Source: Amoebidium appalachense
Taxonomy: Eukaryota > Protista > Ichthyosporea
Reading direction: 5' to 3'
DNA length: 64,000 nt
NCBI GenBank assembly: GCA_963693365.1
Contig: CAVNZM010000017.1
Location: 5,880,708-5,944,707 of the forward strand
The notes beneath the pieces were generated by a model. The model did no database searches. It was given only the letters and a program-made list of their open reading frames with translations, and had not been told where the DNA came from. Below, piece by piece: positions 14,635-34,031 of the stretch (position 1 is its first letter; each line of letters begins with the position of its first letter). Made by a program: the position numbers and the translations under genes.

Positions 14635-16044
14635 CCTAGAAGAAAGCCTCGGGAGGCTGAGACGAGCTTTCTAAAAACCTTTCTATATTATATAGATGAA
14701 TAACAGCGAGATTTAAATTATGAACGTACAGCTTGTATCCCAGGATAAGCAAACCCCCTCGGCTGGAAAGGTTGTTATCCGGTTCACCAATCTTGTCTGG
14801 TTTACACTTAAAAACGAAGTCTAAGTAGCGCTCCAAACAAAAAGGAGTAACGGCGCGCCTTCAGGAGTCCCTGTTCCTTTGTTGTAATCATCGACATAAC
14901 TTTGCTATTTCATTATCTAATATATATGAACCTAGAAGACAGGATTTGCCAATCCGTTCAAACAACAAGGATCTCGTTCGCCCACTCCACCTCTCACGAC
15001 GGCCTGTTTCGCATGACTCTGCAAACGTGTGGGCAGGTGGGGTGCGAACAACGGCAAGCCGCCTGAGGCGCAAGGTGCTTTCTAAACCAATCAAAACCTA
15101 CATTAAGGTTATTAGTGCATAAAATAGCTAACAACACCAATGAAATATCGTTAAAGTCATGTATGTTGATGGGCTGAGATAGCGAGCCCCAAAGTACATG
15201 TCAGTGTGGAAGGGATGGCACTCTCAGCTGTTCTACGCCGGTGGCACGCAAGGGCGAATGCATACCTTTTTTACACACCAATAACGGAGAACATTATTGT
15301 ATTGCTCGTGTCTGTGATACGTGCCCATATATAAGAGGGACACGTGTAAATGGTCACACAACTAGAGATGCAAGGATCTCCAGCTAGGTCCCTTGTAGTT
15401 TTGGTCGTCAAGGGAATTGTAGTTTTGGTCGTCAGGGGAAGGGGGCCCTAGGAGAGAGGGGGAGAGGGTGGGGGGGAAGGAGGAGGGAGTTGGAGGGGAG
15501 GGGGGGGGGGGGGGGGGGGGGGGAGAAAGGAGAGGGGGGGAGGGGGTTTGAACCCCAGCCCTGGGGCTGAATTTGGACCGCGTGTGACCTGGTGCGCTAT
15601 CGGCCAATGATCAATACGATAAATAAAGAAATAAACCAATTATTAATGCGGACGAATCGTTGGAAGGAGCAAATACCCATTTTAGGCCTGTACGCACCCG
15701 AGCCGAGACGAGCTCAGCGGAGGTGTCAAAAACGAACTTCGAGGGTGGCAAGGTGCCCGTTGTGTTACCGTAGATTCACATGATCATAATTCCTCCCCTT
15801 TTTTATTTTTATCAGCTTCGTAGCATGAAACTTCAAAGTTGAATGAAGAAACGATAAGTTTGAGTACGCGAATTTGGGAGAAAAACGAAACCCATCGCTG
15901 TGTCCGCATTTTCAGTTCCCTTCAATGATTCTTCAATTTTTTTACGTGCAACTTCCCACCTCAGAGTCTAGCAACTCAACAGTTTTCTCTGTGATCATTT
16001 TATAAAAACTAAGCAGCGCCATTGCGGTAAAAATAAACGTCAAC

Positions 16045-16786
16045 ATGGATCCCATCGCAGCACTAAACGATCTCATGGCGGAGGTAGAGGCAGAGATGGA
16101 AGTTGCAGCCGACGAGAAACACACTGGGTTCTGTGCTGGCTGCAAGAAGAGCATTGTTAAGGGCGACAAAAACTTTGTGGTTAGCGAGAAAAAATATCAC
16201 AAGGATTGCTTGGCGTGCAAGACGGTAAGTCTTGTCTTTTTTGTTATTGCTTATTTTTGTGCGCACAGACTTCTATAAACTTCGTTTTGTGATTGCAGAA
16301 ACACTTGCTGCTTGAGACTTATGTCCGTTTTCTTGCGTGCTTAAGACCAATTTATAGTTCGCCAAAAGCGTGTATTTTCTTCTGTGCTCTTTGATTTGAG
16401 CATTGGTGCACAGAAATCAAGAGGTTTTCTTTGATGTTTTAGGTTAAGCTGATAGTACATAGAGAGCAAAGGGGTTACAGTGATGAAAGATCTTGCTGAT
16501 GTGTTATAGAACGTGTTGGTTGCCTGTGCGTTTGAGCACACCATCGGGTGTCCGTGCTGTTAACTTTCCTGTGTAGACGCCGCCGCCTCTGCCTCTGCCC
16601 AGGATTATCGTGTGCGCACGTTTGGGAATGTGCCACGTTGGTTGTACGCATGTGTCGCTTTTGTGTGTGTGTGTGTGTGCATTATATCGTTTTTGCGTGT
16701 TTGAGTCGGTGCTTGTTAGTGTGGTGGACATGTGAGTGCTGATCCTGTTTGTGTATGTGTGTGTACACGCGCCCCCCGTGTGTGTG

Positions 16787-16841
<55 letters not shown>

Positions 16842-16873
16842 GTGCGTGTGCGTGTGTACGTGTGTACGTGTCC

Positions 16874-16946
<73 letters not shown>

Positions 16947-17215
16947 TGCCTCTCGGCGTGCCTCTCTCTCTCTCTGTGGGTTTTTTATGTGGTGATTTGT
17001 GTGACAGTGTACTCATATCTAACAATGTTGTCTTTGTTCAAACCGGGTATTTTTCTTGTTGTCCCCTTGAGGGGGTGGGTGGGGTGGGTGGGGGGAGGAA
17101 GGGGAGAAAAAAATTTTGTGCTTGGTGTCGTGTGTTTGTGTGGGTACATCTATCACAATGTTACTTCACGTTGGTTTTTCACACCTTGTACTCCGGCAGC
17201 GCCGCAATCTGTTCA

Positions 17216-17253
<38 letters not shown>

Positions 17254-17426
17254 CCCTGCTCTGCCCCGCCTCGCCCAACCCCGCCTTTTCACCTACTTGC
17301 CTGCCTTCCCTTTCTCCCCCACTGTACTCCCAACTTCATCAGCCTCTTCTGTTCGTAAGCAGTTGATCTATTGAGTTTTTCATATCTCCTATCTCTTCCC
17401 CCTTCTTTCAACCTCTCCTGTCTTCC

Positions 17427-17458
<32 letters not shown>

Positions 17459-17761
17459 CTTCCTCCCTTGCCCGTCCGCGTAGACTTACTACGAAGTGAC
17501 ACTAGTAAGAAAAAATATAATATGAAGACACACCAGCAACACGTAAAAGTGGAGAGTCACCACTGCCATACAGTGTTCTTACGCCACTCAACCAGTGGAT
17601 ATTTTTTACGCTTCTCACACTGGCACACCGTTTATCTCTACCCTCCTTCTTTCAACCACTGCTCTCCGCCATTCCATCCCTCCTCCGAAATTGCTCCTTT
17701 TTTCCTTTTTTCATCCTCTCCCACCTCTACCCTCTCATGCAGTCAACAGACAGGCACCCCA

Positions 17762-17813
<52 letters not shown>

Positions 17814-19018
17814 AAAAAAGAACAAAGCGAAAAAGAAAAAGAAAACCCCCACATACCCACACACGCACACAAAACTTTTCTCTGTTCCATTTTGATTCCC
17901 TTTTTTTAAATAAAAAAAAAAGGTTTGATTTTTGGTATTTGTGTCTTTGTGATGCTTATGTTCTGTATTATGATTTCTCCACCTCCAATCCAACATCATC
18001 CTCCCCCCTTCCCTCCCCCCTCCCCTCCAACCCCCCCACCCCCCGCTAACCCCCTCCCCCTCCCATCCTCCCCCCCCCCCCCCCCCCCCCGGGACCCCCT
18101 GCCGACAGGGTATTTCCCTGCTTATTCACATGAACACACTTGTGATAAGTCGACCGCGAGCCACATAAGTGGCTCATTTCTGTCGAAATAGCCACAAAAG
18201 TGGCTCATTTCTGTCGAATAGCCACAAAAGTGGCTCGTTTTGGACGACCACCCCTACAGCTTAGTGGTCGAGTCGCGCGCGCTATCTTGGTATGCCCAAT
18301 TAGCTGCTGAAGTTTTCTGCTTTTTTCGTCTCTGGACCAAGGTGATGGTATAATAAAAGAGGATGCCAGCACTTGCCAACCAACAAGGGGTATCGTGGTT
18401 TTTCGCATTCTTCGCGATCGGTCATTTTCCAGATCGAATTCGGCCCGCGATTCCGCCGGAAGAGGATGAACCCCCTGAAAACGCTACATAGTGAACTCGA
18501 TGAAAACGCAACAAAAAGCCTTGAAATTTTGTCACTCGCATGCCAACACTATTTCCTTTGTTTTACAATATGCCTTTGGGGATGCTGCGCACCTACTAGT
18601 CCATGTACCGTGTATATTAATGGAGAAAATGCTAGAAAATTCCGTTTTGCAGTCACGTGCGCTACTTTCCAGCGCTAATGCGCTATGGTAATTTTTTTCA
18701 GAAACCTACACAATCTTGGTGTCTAAGTGACCACCGTGAAGTGAGGAACACGCCTGCTGTGTTTGTTTTTTGTGTTCGTGCGTGTTGCGCTATAAGTAGC
18801 GCACTTACGCAAACCCCACATTCGAGCCACAAAAGTGGCTCAGATCGGCGGTCGACTTATCACTTGCGCCGGCACACATCTAATCGCCACGTTCCATTTA
18901 ACAATTCTATTCACCCCCTGCTCTTGCGTGGATAACCCACCACACAAACATGCAGGTGACGACACAACCACGTCCTTCCACATCCACACAGCAATGTGTT
19001 CCTCCTTCGCCTACCACC

Positions 19019-19071
<53 letters not shown>

Positions 19072-19115
19072 AGGCACTCATGCACACGCATGCACACAAT
19101 TTCACACAAACCATC

Positions 19116-19152
<37 letters not shown>

Positions 19153-19371
19153 ACTCCACCCCCCATATACGCAGCACTGTGCTCTGCTTATTATGCAAAC
19201 TAGTTGTGTATGATGCATATTCTGCATTTGTGTTTTCCGCTATGAAAGTGTATTTCGTAATCAATAGCATGACACATTCTTACGCCCCTCCCCTCCCCCC
19301 CCCCCCCCCCTCCCCCCCCCCCCCACACACACCCCAACCTCCGCCCCGCTCTCCCCCTTCCCCCATCACAG

Positions 19372-19445
<74 letters not shown>

Positions 19446-19987
19446 TTCTCCGCACACACACACACACAGTGCAAGAAGAGTGTGGCGACGGAGGGGTTTT
19501 TCTTGGACGGACCGCTGTTTGTGTGTGAGCCCTGCTACGTGCAACAGAAGGCCGAAAAGTGCACCGCTTGCCAGGGCAACATCACGGGCATGGTGGTGCG
19601 CATCAAGGATAGACCCTACCACCTTGAATGCTTCAAGTGCAAGAAGTGCCAAAAGGTGTGTGTGGTTTTATTTATGTGATCTTGTTATTGGGAGGGTGGG
19701 GAGGGGTTGAGGACGAGGTGGGAGGGAGGGAGGGGTGGCGGGGGAAGGGAGGGGTGGAGGTGTGTGTGTGGTTTTTGGGAGGTTTCCTTTTGGTGGTGGT
19801 GGTGGGGGGGGGGGGGGGGGGAGGGGGGGTGTGTGTGTGTGTGTGTGTGTGTGTGCATGGGTGGAGGGGGGTTTTCATTTAAATGCTGTTACCAAGAGCA
19901 CACCCACTCTTTAAGCAGTGTAACTCCTCTGTGTGTGTATGGGGGTCTGGCGGATGGGTGCCCGGCTCGGTATGTGGGTGGATGTGT

Positions 19988-20034
<47 letters not shown>

Positions 20035-20111
20035 GGGGACATGGGATTTGGTGAGGTAGTAGGGATTTTGTGTGTGTATATGTGTAGTGTGTTACAGGTG
20101 CAAGGGGGAGG

Positions 20112-20144
<33 letters not shown>

Positions 20145-20250
20145 TAAACACACGTATTCCACATTAAAATGGCACCGACACACCTCGGGAACTTTTCGAA
20201 CATACGATATATACGGGGAGCAATCAGAAATACATCACAATACCCTCAGC

Positions 20251-20284
<34 letters not shown>

Positions 20285-20639
20285 CCCTCTCTCCTCCCCC
20301 CCCCCACCCCCCCCTTTCCCTCCTCCCCACCCCAGCCAGCACGTCCTTTCTCTCTACCCTCCCTGAATTCCGCTCCTCCCCCCTCAACCCCCTCCCCTCC
20401 CAACCACCAACACTACCACCCACCACCACCACCAACATACACACACGCTTGGCACACACACACATACACAGAGCACCACACCACCACAACCACCCTGCTG
20501 CATAGGAAATCCTCTCAAATATAATGGCTGCCTTTGAGACTGTAATACGTGAATCTGGTTAGTTAGCTTGACCCTTGAATCCCTCCTTGCCGTCCTTTCT
20601 CACCCTTATCTTCCCTCCCGAGTGCACACACGAACACAC

Positions 20640-20726
<87 letters not shown>

Positions 20727-20826
20727 CAAACACACAAACACAGACAGGCAGACACACACACAGAGACACACACACACAGAGAGAGAGAGGCACACGCACA
20801 CACACACACACACACAACACACGCAC

Positions 20827-20870
<44 letters not shown>

Positions 20871-20872
20871 CC

Positions 20873-20927
<55 letters not shown>

Positions 20928-21118
20928 ACACACACACACAGAACCTCAACAACATCGGCTTCTTTACTCTTCCAGAGGGCGAGTGGGTGTGTGAAGGCTG
21001 TCAGACAAGCAACTACCCCGTGTGTGCAGCATGCAACAAAACAATTGTGCCCGACCGGGAGAACTTCTCATTTGTGCGCCAGGGCCCAAACAGTTATCAC
21101 ACGGAATGCGCAAAGTAG
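16045..21118 (+). CDS. Small LIM-domain protein (two full LIM domains + C-terminal half LIM; paxillin-like LD motif at N-terminus), 3 exons, 180 aa
   Basis: Exons 16045-16224, 19470-19655, 20942-21118, all phase 0 with GT-AG. LIM1 [21 protein letters not shown]; LIM2 [20 protein letters not shown]; half LIM CAAC..YHTECAK-stop. Start context caacATGg. Confidence 0.88.
18143..18862. mobile_element. MITE with TG..CA termini, 15-bp TIR and 4-bp TSD, in LIM-gene intron 1
   Basis: TIR tgataagtcgaccgc / gcggtcgacttatca; cttg direct repeat on both flanks (18139-18142, 18863-18866); subterminal palindromes (ga)gccac-N4-gtggctc three times at the left end and once at the right. Confidence 0.75.
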
Positions 21119-21629
21119 AAAAAAGTAGAAGAATATTCAGTATTTTAGTTCTTCCAACACTAACCACATGTGCAAGATTCATTGCCGATATTGATTCATT
21201 CTTTTGTCTATTATTTGCTTCTATCGCTAGTATTGTACTTCGTATTTTTTCCTGTTTTTTCGGGACCGAGAGGTACTAAATGGTATCTTGAGAGATTCAA
21301 AAGGACGGTTGCTGTGCAGCTGTACATGTTGAAAAGGCTAATACAACGATCCCAGCAGATGCTTTTGCTACCATCAAGTTGGATGATTAGAAACTTAAAA
21401 AATTGCATATAGTACTTCCAGTGGCACATGACCACATGGAGTGCATGTTTAACACAGGGTAGCTTCAAACCCGGATCGATCGGAATGAATAACTGTAAGG
21501 AGTTGGTGGGTGGGGGCATGGGGAAGAGAGCTGTACAGCCATTTCGTGGCCGGAGAGGCGGGCGGGGGGGGGGGGGGGGGGGGGGGGGGGGAGGGGGGGG
21601 GGGAGAGGAGGGGGGGAGGGGGGGGGGGT

Positions 21630-21661
<32 letters not shown>

Positions 21662-21668
<7 letters not shown>

Positions 21669-21980
21669 CACGTGAACCCAACGGACAGCTGCAGGTGGGT
21701 CCCTACACCCCCTGATGGTGGTGGTGGTGGTGTGTGTGTGTGTGCGACGGTGTGTGTGTGTGTCTGTGTGTGTGTGTGGGGGGGGGGGGGGGGGGGGGGG
21801 AGAGGGGAGGGGGGAAAGATCGAAGGGAGGCGGGGGGCGGGGGGGGGTGGGGGGGGGGGGGGGGGGGGGCACCACGTGAACCCAACGGACAGCTGCAGGT
21901 GGGTCCCTACACCCGCTGATGGTGGTGGTGGTGGTGTGTGTTTGTGTATGCGACGGTGTGTCTGTGTGTGTCTGTGTGCG
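21662..21980 (+). repeat. Tandem duplication (~204-bp period)
   Basis: gcaccacgtgaacccaacggacagctgcaggtgggtccctacaccc.ctgatggtggtggtggtgg occurs at ~21665 and ~21869. Confidence 0.85.
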
Positions 21981-22045
<65 letters not shown>

Positions 22046-22270
22046 GGGGGGAGGAGCCTCGGGGGGTGGGGGGCGCTGGGTATCATGCGGTAGAGTGAGC
22101 GAGGGAGGGACCGGACTCCGAGAAGTTTGACGGGGTTACCACCCGTTGAGTATGATCGATATTCACTGTGGTGCTTCCCTCTCGCGATGTCATCAAATCA
22201 AGTGTACTGCTTTCAATGCTTGCACAGGTGTGGTTGTTGGAAAGGCTTGTGGGGGCGGCGGCGGCGGCAG

Positions 22271-22317
<47 letters not shown>

Positions 22318-22817
22318 ACCGCGTGGAGGCCCTGGGGGGGGGGGAAGCCGGAAGGGGGGGGGGGGGGGGGGGGGGGGCTAGGATATTTGACGGGGGGCGC
22401 GACACATAACATCACCTAGAAACCCTTAGAGTTACACTTTTAAAAAACACCAGTTTATGCCATCCCCTTACCGGAGCGGAAATGAATCCCCTAAGATATG
22501 AGAGGCAAACAAACCGTTCAAACAGATGCACACACAGTGCCACAGAGGCTGTGTTGTGCTAGTCCCTCTGAGTGCTGTCTCCTTGCGACCTCTTCTTCTT
22601 CTTCTTCTTCTTCTTCTTCTTCTTCTTCTTTTTTTTTTTTTTTTTTTTTTTTTAGGCCTACTGTATGTTGCCGCAGGCGACCTAACACGTACTGACGTGT
22701 TGCCGCACGTGCGACGTTATACATCTACTCAGGAAAAAAAAACAAAAAAAAAAAAAAGAAAGGAGACACCGCCTCAGTAGGTGGTAGGCAGGCGACAGTC
22801 ACTAGACAATGTTTGAT

Positions 22818-22829
22818 CGTGACGTCACG
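22818..22829. promoter_or_regulatory. CRE-type palindrome (cgTGACGTCAcg) upstream of the TLDc transcription unit
   Basis: 12-bp palindrome containing the bZIP CRE consensus; a second aTGACGTCAt at 57892-57901 lies between the divergent PLA2 and THAP starts. Function unproven. Confidence 0.25.
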
Positions 22830-24375
22830 GAACTTATTTATTTAATGTTTGGTTGGTTCAAATATACGCAAACTTGTCAAGACTCGTTGACAAAAGACTA
22901 AAGAAAAGACATGATATGTCTGCCCAGACATTTTAACACGATAATTTTCATGCTTTAGTTTAAAATTTGAAAATTGTTGCGGAGTCACGCTAGAATAGAC
23001 GTCCCGCAGCGTAGTAGGGGTTTACACACTTTTTATTGCGTGGACACTGCCGGAGGCCGGGCGCGGCCACTTACATACCGTAAGCCAGCGGGTACATAGC
23101 CTTTTTTAGTGTTGTGTTGTTGTCACAGTTTGCGAATTCGGAGGTATGCTGATTTTGCGGCATGACGATACTCCATTGGGTTAATGTCAGCACATGGCTC
23201 ATGGATGATGCGCAATAATCCAATCAGCGATGGCTCAGCTGAGCCAGCCGGAGTGTTGCGTAGTGTGTCTTGCACTTGCATGAAACGCAACAGCTTGCAG
23301 AACCGAGACTTTTGACAACGCACGGTAAGAGCACGTGTAGCTTGAAGTAAGGAGGTGAGGCAGCGAAGAAAACACCCGTTTTTCTCTCTCCCAAGTCATG
23401 TGTCTAATTATAGCTCGCTCAAGAAAATTTTGATTCTCCCCACGGAATGTTTACTCTTCTTTTGTTTTTGGTAACGGCTCTCTTGTGTGAGATTTCTCTC
23501 TTTAATGTTCATTTCCGATCGGCTGGCTGAAGCTCGCGGGTACAGTCGGCTTCAGAGCCAAAAGCAGCATTTTGTTCTAGGCCAATCTTCTTGGTTTTAT
23601 TCCTCCTCACCGCTTTTCCTTTCCTCTGTTCCACACGCGCGCGCGCACGCACACACACACACCTTGCACACATGCGTGGCTCACACGCACTCACACACGC
23701 ACACACTCACACACTCACACGCACACGCACACGCGCACGCACGTGCACACGCACACACACACGAAGTATCGTCAGATGAAATCCTCAGACCAACCCATGG
23801 TGTGAAATCACGGTGCGATTAAGACCAGACTAATTCCACCCCCCCCCCCCCCCCCCCCCCTTCCCCCAACCACATACCCACCCACACTCTTACCTCACCT
23901 CCCTATTCCATTTCGATCGCTCTCTGGGGGCTCCCACCCTTTCCTTCTCCCCCCCCCCCGCCCCTCCGCCCGTAAATCTGTTATATAAACATACACTACT
24001 GGAAGCGGATGTATATAGACACACGTGTGTGATTCCATTTGCACATCACCACATGGTGACAAACACCCACACGTTGTTAGGTTGTTACGGAACTTCGTAT
24101 ACAAAGACACAAACGCGTAAGCACATGCACTTGCACCTGCACACATAGAGGCAGGCGCATATAAACGGGCTCAAGCAACAGGCTCACAGACGCAGCAACA
24201 CACACAAACACACACGAACATGCCCACACGCACAAACACACACGTTTATATGCAAACGGACGTGCACACATATATGCACACACACGTACATAAACACACA
24301 CACACACACACAAAAACAAAAACAACACACGCGCACGCGCACACACACACACGATACACACACACACACACACAC

Positions 24376-24437
<62 letters not shown>

Positions 24438-24474
24438 CACACAGACACAGACACACACACACACACACACACAT

Positions 24475-24604
<130 letters not shown>

Positions 24605-24633
24605 AGCCACGCCATCTTGAAGCCATCACCAAC

Positions 24634-28717
<4,084 letters not shown>

Positions 28718-28756
28718 GTGCATGTGTTTGTGTGCGTGTGCTTGTGTGTGTGTGTC

Positions 28757-28954
<198 letters not shown>

Positions 28955-29299
28955 CGCGCGCGCGCGCGTGCGTGCCGTGTGTGAATGAGTGCATGTGTGG
29001 TTGACCTGTGGTTGGTTGTTATGACGAGGCGAGGTTATGCATTTCCCTTACGCTGTTCTTTATTAACTTTTATCACATACATGCATCTTTAGGTGGGTAG
29101 GAGATTGACGACAGAACTTGTATGCATTGACAGACTGCTTGGATACTAGGCATAATGGAGGATTCGGAGGTTTTAAATTTAATTTTTTAAATCTTTTTTA
29201 TTAGTTGTCTTTTAGGCGCCGGGGAGGGAGAGAGGTCGATTGTGTGTGTTTCGTGTGTTTGTGCGTGCGTGTTTTTGCGGGGCCAGGTTCTCCCCGGGG

Positions 29300-29333
<34 letters not shown>

Positions 29334-29874
29334 GTGTCGCTCTCTCCCCGTTGGGTTGCCCGTTGGGATACCTTGTTCTCATTGCGGTTCCTTGCCTATT
29401 GGCAACGTGTGTGCATATTCACTTTATTCTCTGTCGCATCAAATGGGCGGGTTTCCCAGCTTCAAGATCCCTGGAATAACCTACAATATTAAGATATTCG
29501 CAAACATCTAGGTATTCTGCATTGTAATGTACAACATTATTATGTCAATCACTTATAGCGAAAATATGGTGTTTTCTACACCGTAATATCAATATAGATT
29601 ATCTGGATGCAACATGTTAATGTTCTGTTTCCAATATGCATAAATGTCATTGTACGTTCACCCAAATTTACAGAGGTAGGTCTATACGAAGGAAGCCCCT
29701 AGGTATAGGGAGATCGGACCATACCCGGCTAAAAATACAATATTTGATACTAAATTACCAAAATAAAAACATAAACCCAATAACCATAATCCTGTGTGTG
29801 TCTGGGCCCTAAATGGAGGGGCTGCTGCCCCCCCAACCCCCCGCTAGAGGGGCCTCACGGCCCCTTTATGTCGC

Positions 29875-31360
29875 TTGGGAATCGAATCGTTCTCCCCTGA
29901 TTTTACGTCATCGGATCGTGTTTTGTCCAATCAGGTGCGAGGGGACCTCCGGCGTATGGACTTGTGTGAAATTTACCCTTGGAGTATGCAACAGAACCCT
30001 CGTTGTAAGAAATTCGCGCGCAAAGACCCTGTGTGTTTGAGGCTTTTAATTGCATTTTTTAATAATAAAAATCCCATTCACGAATTTCGCCCTATCACAC
30101 TTACGTCAGTTTTTCGCCAATCATTCGAAAGTGGCCTTCTACAAGCCTTCTCCCGTATCCCTACCCTTAAGCAGGCTTCCCAGCTGAGCCCTCTTCAGGC
30201 GGCGTTGCGGCATCGCCACTCATGTTACGTACAAATCTTCACACTACATAATGCAACTCAAGGTGATACCGAGCACCTCGTATTTATCGATTTGAAGAAT
30301 GCGTACGACACGGTCGACCTCCCTCGCCTGTGGGCCAAGTTGGCCACTCGCGGTGTCCCATCCCAAATGGGTCGGCTACCGGAAGCTATGTTTACGTTTA
30401 TGCGCGGACGGGCGGTGGTTAATGGGCGGCTATCCCCGGGGTTTACCCGCACATGCGGGGTACTACAAGGGTCCCTGCTCAGCCCTCTTCTTTCAACCTG
30501 TATATTGACGATTTGGCCGACACCCTGTCTGCGGCACAAATTGACGGGGGGTTGCCATCCCCGGCTCCTCCCGCCCTCTTTTTTGCCCACGATATTGTGC
30601 TTATGTCCTCGGATCCTATCGAACTACGGCAATATATACGTGTGGTTGAGCACTGGTCTTTCCACACCCATCCCTAGACGCCTTTTCGATCCTCTCTACG
30701 CACTCACACCACCATCACAACGCGTACACGTATTAGCCCTTAAATTTCACTATAACATCACCCGCCTCTCCGCATTTGCCCCGGACCACCCACTCTTCCG
30801 ATTGCACGCCTCCCCGCCGGACTCGCCCCTCTACCTCTTCCCTTCCGCAACGTCTCTGCCCATTGTCGAGCGATATGCGGAGTGGCTGGCGACCCCACCG
30901 GAGGTACGGCTGGATCATATGTGAATATGAATAGTTTTAAGTCTATGGTTGATAGATACCTTTTTACTCTATGTGTTGAATCCCTTCCTGTGTTAGGACC
31001 GCAAAAACACCAACTACTAGTACCTGTCTGGCGGATACGATTAGAGAATCTCGTTCCTACATAGATTCGTTTATTCGTAATGTGGCGTGGTGCAAAAACG
31101 CAAAGATGATTATGGCTTGGTGGTGTAATCGGTTTCTGGTGTCTCCTACTCGTATGTGTAATATGTGTGGGGGGCGGTTTACTCGCGGATGCATATCTAT
31201 CAATAAGTGTGACCTGCTAGCTAACGTAACTTAACCGGAGGTTATGGGCGGTTTTATTCTCTTTGCTACCTCCCTTCCTCAATATATCCGTTTTAAAATG
31301 ACTATCCTAGATCACCTTATTAATGCTGCACAGTATGATATTGTGATACCTAAGGTGTCT
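29875..31360 (+). mobile_element. Degenerate non-LTR retrotransposon (LINE) reverse transcriptase fragment
   Basis: RT motifs EFRPITLTSVFRQSFE, LVFIDLKNAYDTVD, GVLQGSLLSP, then after a frameshift FNLYIDDL and LFFAHDIV (YADD box decayed); Cys/His-rich C-terminal remnant at ~31110-31210. Contains frameshifts and stops. Confidence 0.85.
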
Positions 31361-31870
31361 TAACTTTCTTTAGGAGCTACCAATGCTAGCCTCTGCTTAC
31401 CCATAATATGTAATAGGGTTGTCATCTACTAAGATGGCGCTAAATGTTGCTTAGCATGTACATAAGTCTCTAGCTGCATTTGATTGGCTGCGCTGGAAAA
31501 CGCAGTAGGCCGTCGAGTGAGGCTGAGCCCCCGACAGTGTCCACAGCAATAAATAGTGTGTAAACCCCTAAAAAAAAACATTCCCCGCCTGTACTGTTGC
31601 ACTGTCATTCGTTGGCGCGGTGTACCGTAGCCAAGCCCCCCCCCCTCCCCCCTCCCCCTCCCCCCCCTTCCCCCCCCCCCCTTTTTTTATTTTTTATTTT
31701 ACTTTTTTGTGGGGGGGGGGGGGGGGGGGGGGGGGGAGGAGGGGGGGAAGGGGGGGGGGGGGGGTCATTTTTACTTCGGTGACATGTATATACCTGAAAG
31801 TATTATAGGTAAGGAAAAAATCGTGTGCCGTATTCGTGTGTGTGTGTTTGGGGGTTGGGATGTGTGCCAT

Positions 31871-31925
<55 letters not shown>

Positions 31926-32473
31926 TTTGAAGGTCTCACGGAGGGTGTGTTTTTGAACATCTCAGTGAGGGTGATTGAGGGAAACCAGGTGGGGGGATTG
32001 AAAAACAGTTCTAACCTTGTTGCTGAATGATATTTCAATGACTTTTTTTTTCATTGGATATATGGGTGCAGAGACCATAGCCAACGTGGTTGAGGTATTC
32101 AAGTTCATGTGGCCTTTGTTAATGCCACGCCTTCACTTATACATGATAGCTGACTGTTTGCACGGCACCAGTATGATAGCGCCATGTACCGTGAGGTCCC
32201 CCAGCCAATCGACTACAATATAGGGGTTTACGCTGTTTACTCGAGGCAAGGAAAGACCGCCGGTATGGGGGGTTTAGCTCGGAGTATCCCCTCAGCGGTA
32301 AATCATGATCAGGCTTGTACATAGATATCGGGTGATGATTATATATCAGGGTTTTCTTACTCTATGAAGCACGATTTGAACTAAGAAGATAAATCAATTA
32401 GTTGGGTTCTCCGTTTTTTTATTTATTTATTTATTTAAATTTCGGGGTCCCCCTGGGACATTCGGTGTCAGCT

Positions 32474-32875
<402 letters not shown>

Positions 32876-33532
32876 GTTAGAGTTTCTCGTTGTGTGTTTC
32901 TCAAGCCAGTCAATACATCTAATAAACCGATCATAGTCACGTGTGTTAAGTATGAAATCCGATTGGCAAGGATGTTATTTATCGGGCAAGCTATCTTACT
33001 GGGTGTCTGCTGTGAATGTGTCGTGTGTGTGCTGCGGTATTATGTGGTCTATCAATCTACATTTCGTAATACATGACCGGTTGAATTGGTGTGTGTGTGT
33101 GTGTTTTGTTTGGGCAGGCAAACGATGCCACATTATTGTTAGATCTCCACTGTATAGCACGTGCACAGTAAAAGTGAGGTAACCGGTCAATAATACCATC
33201 AGCTAAAGAAAGGCCAGTTCTACAAGAAGATAATATGTATTTAGGTGTTACACACTTGCGAGGGGCCATATTTGTTGATGTGATTTAGACGGTTAATATA
33301 TGAAGCAAGACATAAGGCTTAGTTTTGCAAGGTGTCTACTTGCATCAGGTCCAGTGTCGTGTGGTGCTTTTTTCCATTTGTTATATTGCGTGATTACTTG
33401 AAAGTTTTGTGACTCATGTACATGTCTAATAAGTAAATGGCAGTCCAAAGTCACATGCACACTTTTATTTGTATTTGTGCCCGGGGAAGAAGGAGAGAGA
33501 GAAGGAAGGGTACAGGGGTCCCCCCCTTAAAG

Positions 33533-33728
33533 TATAACAGGTAAATAGGTTTAGGGTCTAAAATGTTAAGGTTTCTCGGCCGTAGGGTTTACTATCTTAT
33601 TCCCCCCCCCCCCCCCCCCCCCCCTCCCCCGCCCCGCCCGCCCACCCACCCGCAGGGCGTCCGCCCCGCCGCCCGCCTCGGTCCTGTGGGTCCTTCTTCT
33701 GGGATGGGGGAGTTTTTTTTTTTGGTTT

Positions 33729-33780
<52 letters not shown>

Positions 33781-33999
33781 ACAAAAACCATGCACCGTGA
33801 CACGGAGACACGGAGACACCCACACACCCACACTGTGATACACACGTGCACACACACACACACACGGCATACACACAAGCTCACACACAGACATGCACAC
33901 AGTTTCCCACAGCCCCCGCCCTCCCCCCCCCCCCCCCCCCCCCCCCCGTTAAAAAAACCTCCCCGCCCATAAAAGGACCCACAGGACAGGAGGGGAAAA

Positions 34000-34031
<32 letters not shown>

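Noticed and set aside
23100-23330. Possible first coding exon of the TLDc gene (ends acg|gtaaga)
   Set aside because: All ATG-initiated frames checked hit stops; more likely a 5' UTR exon.
33548-33558. ggtttagggt telomere-like motif
   Set aside because: Single unit within a repeat head; no telomeric array.
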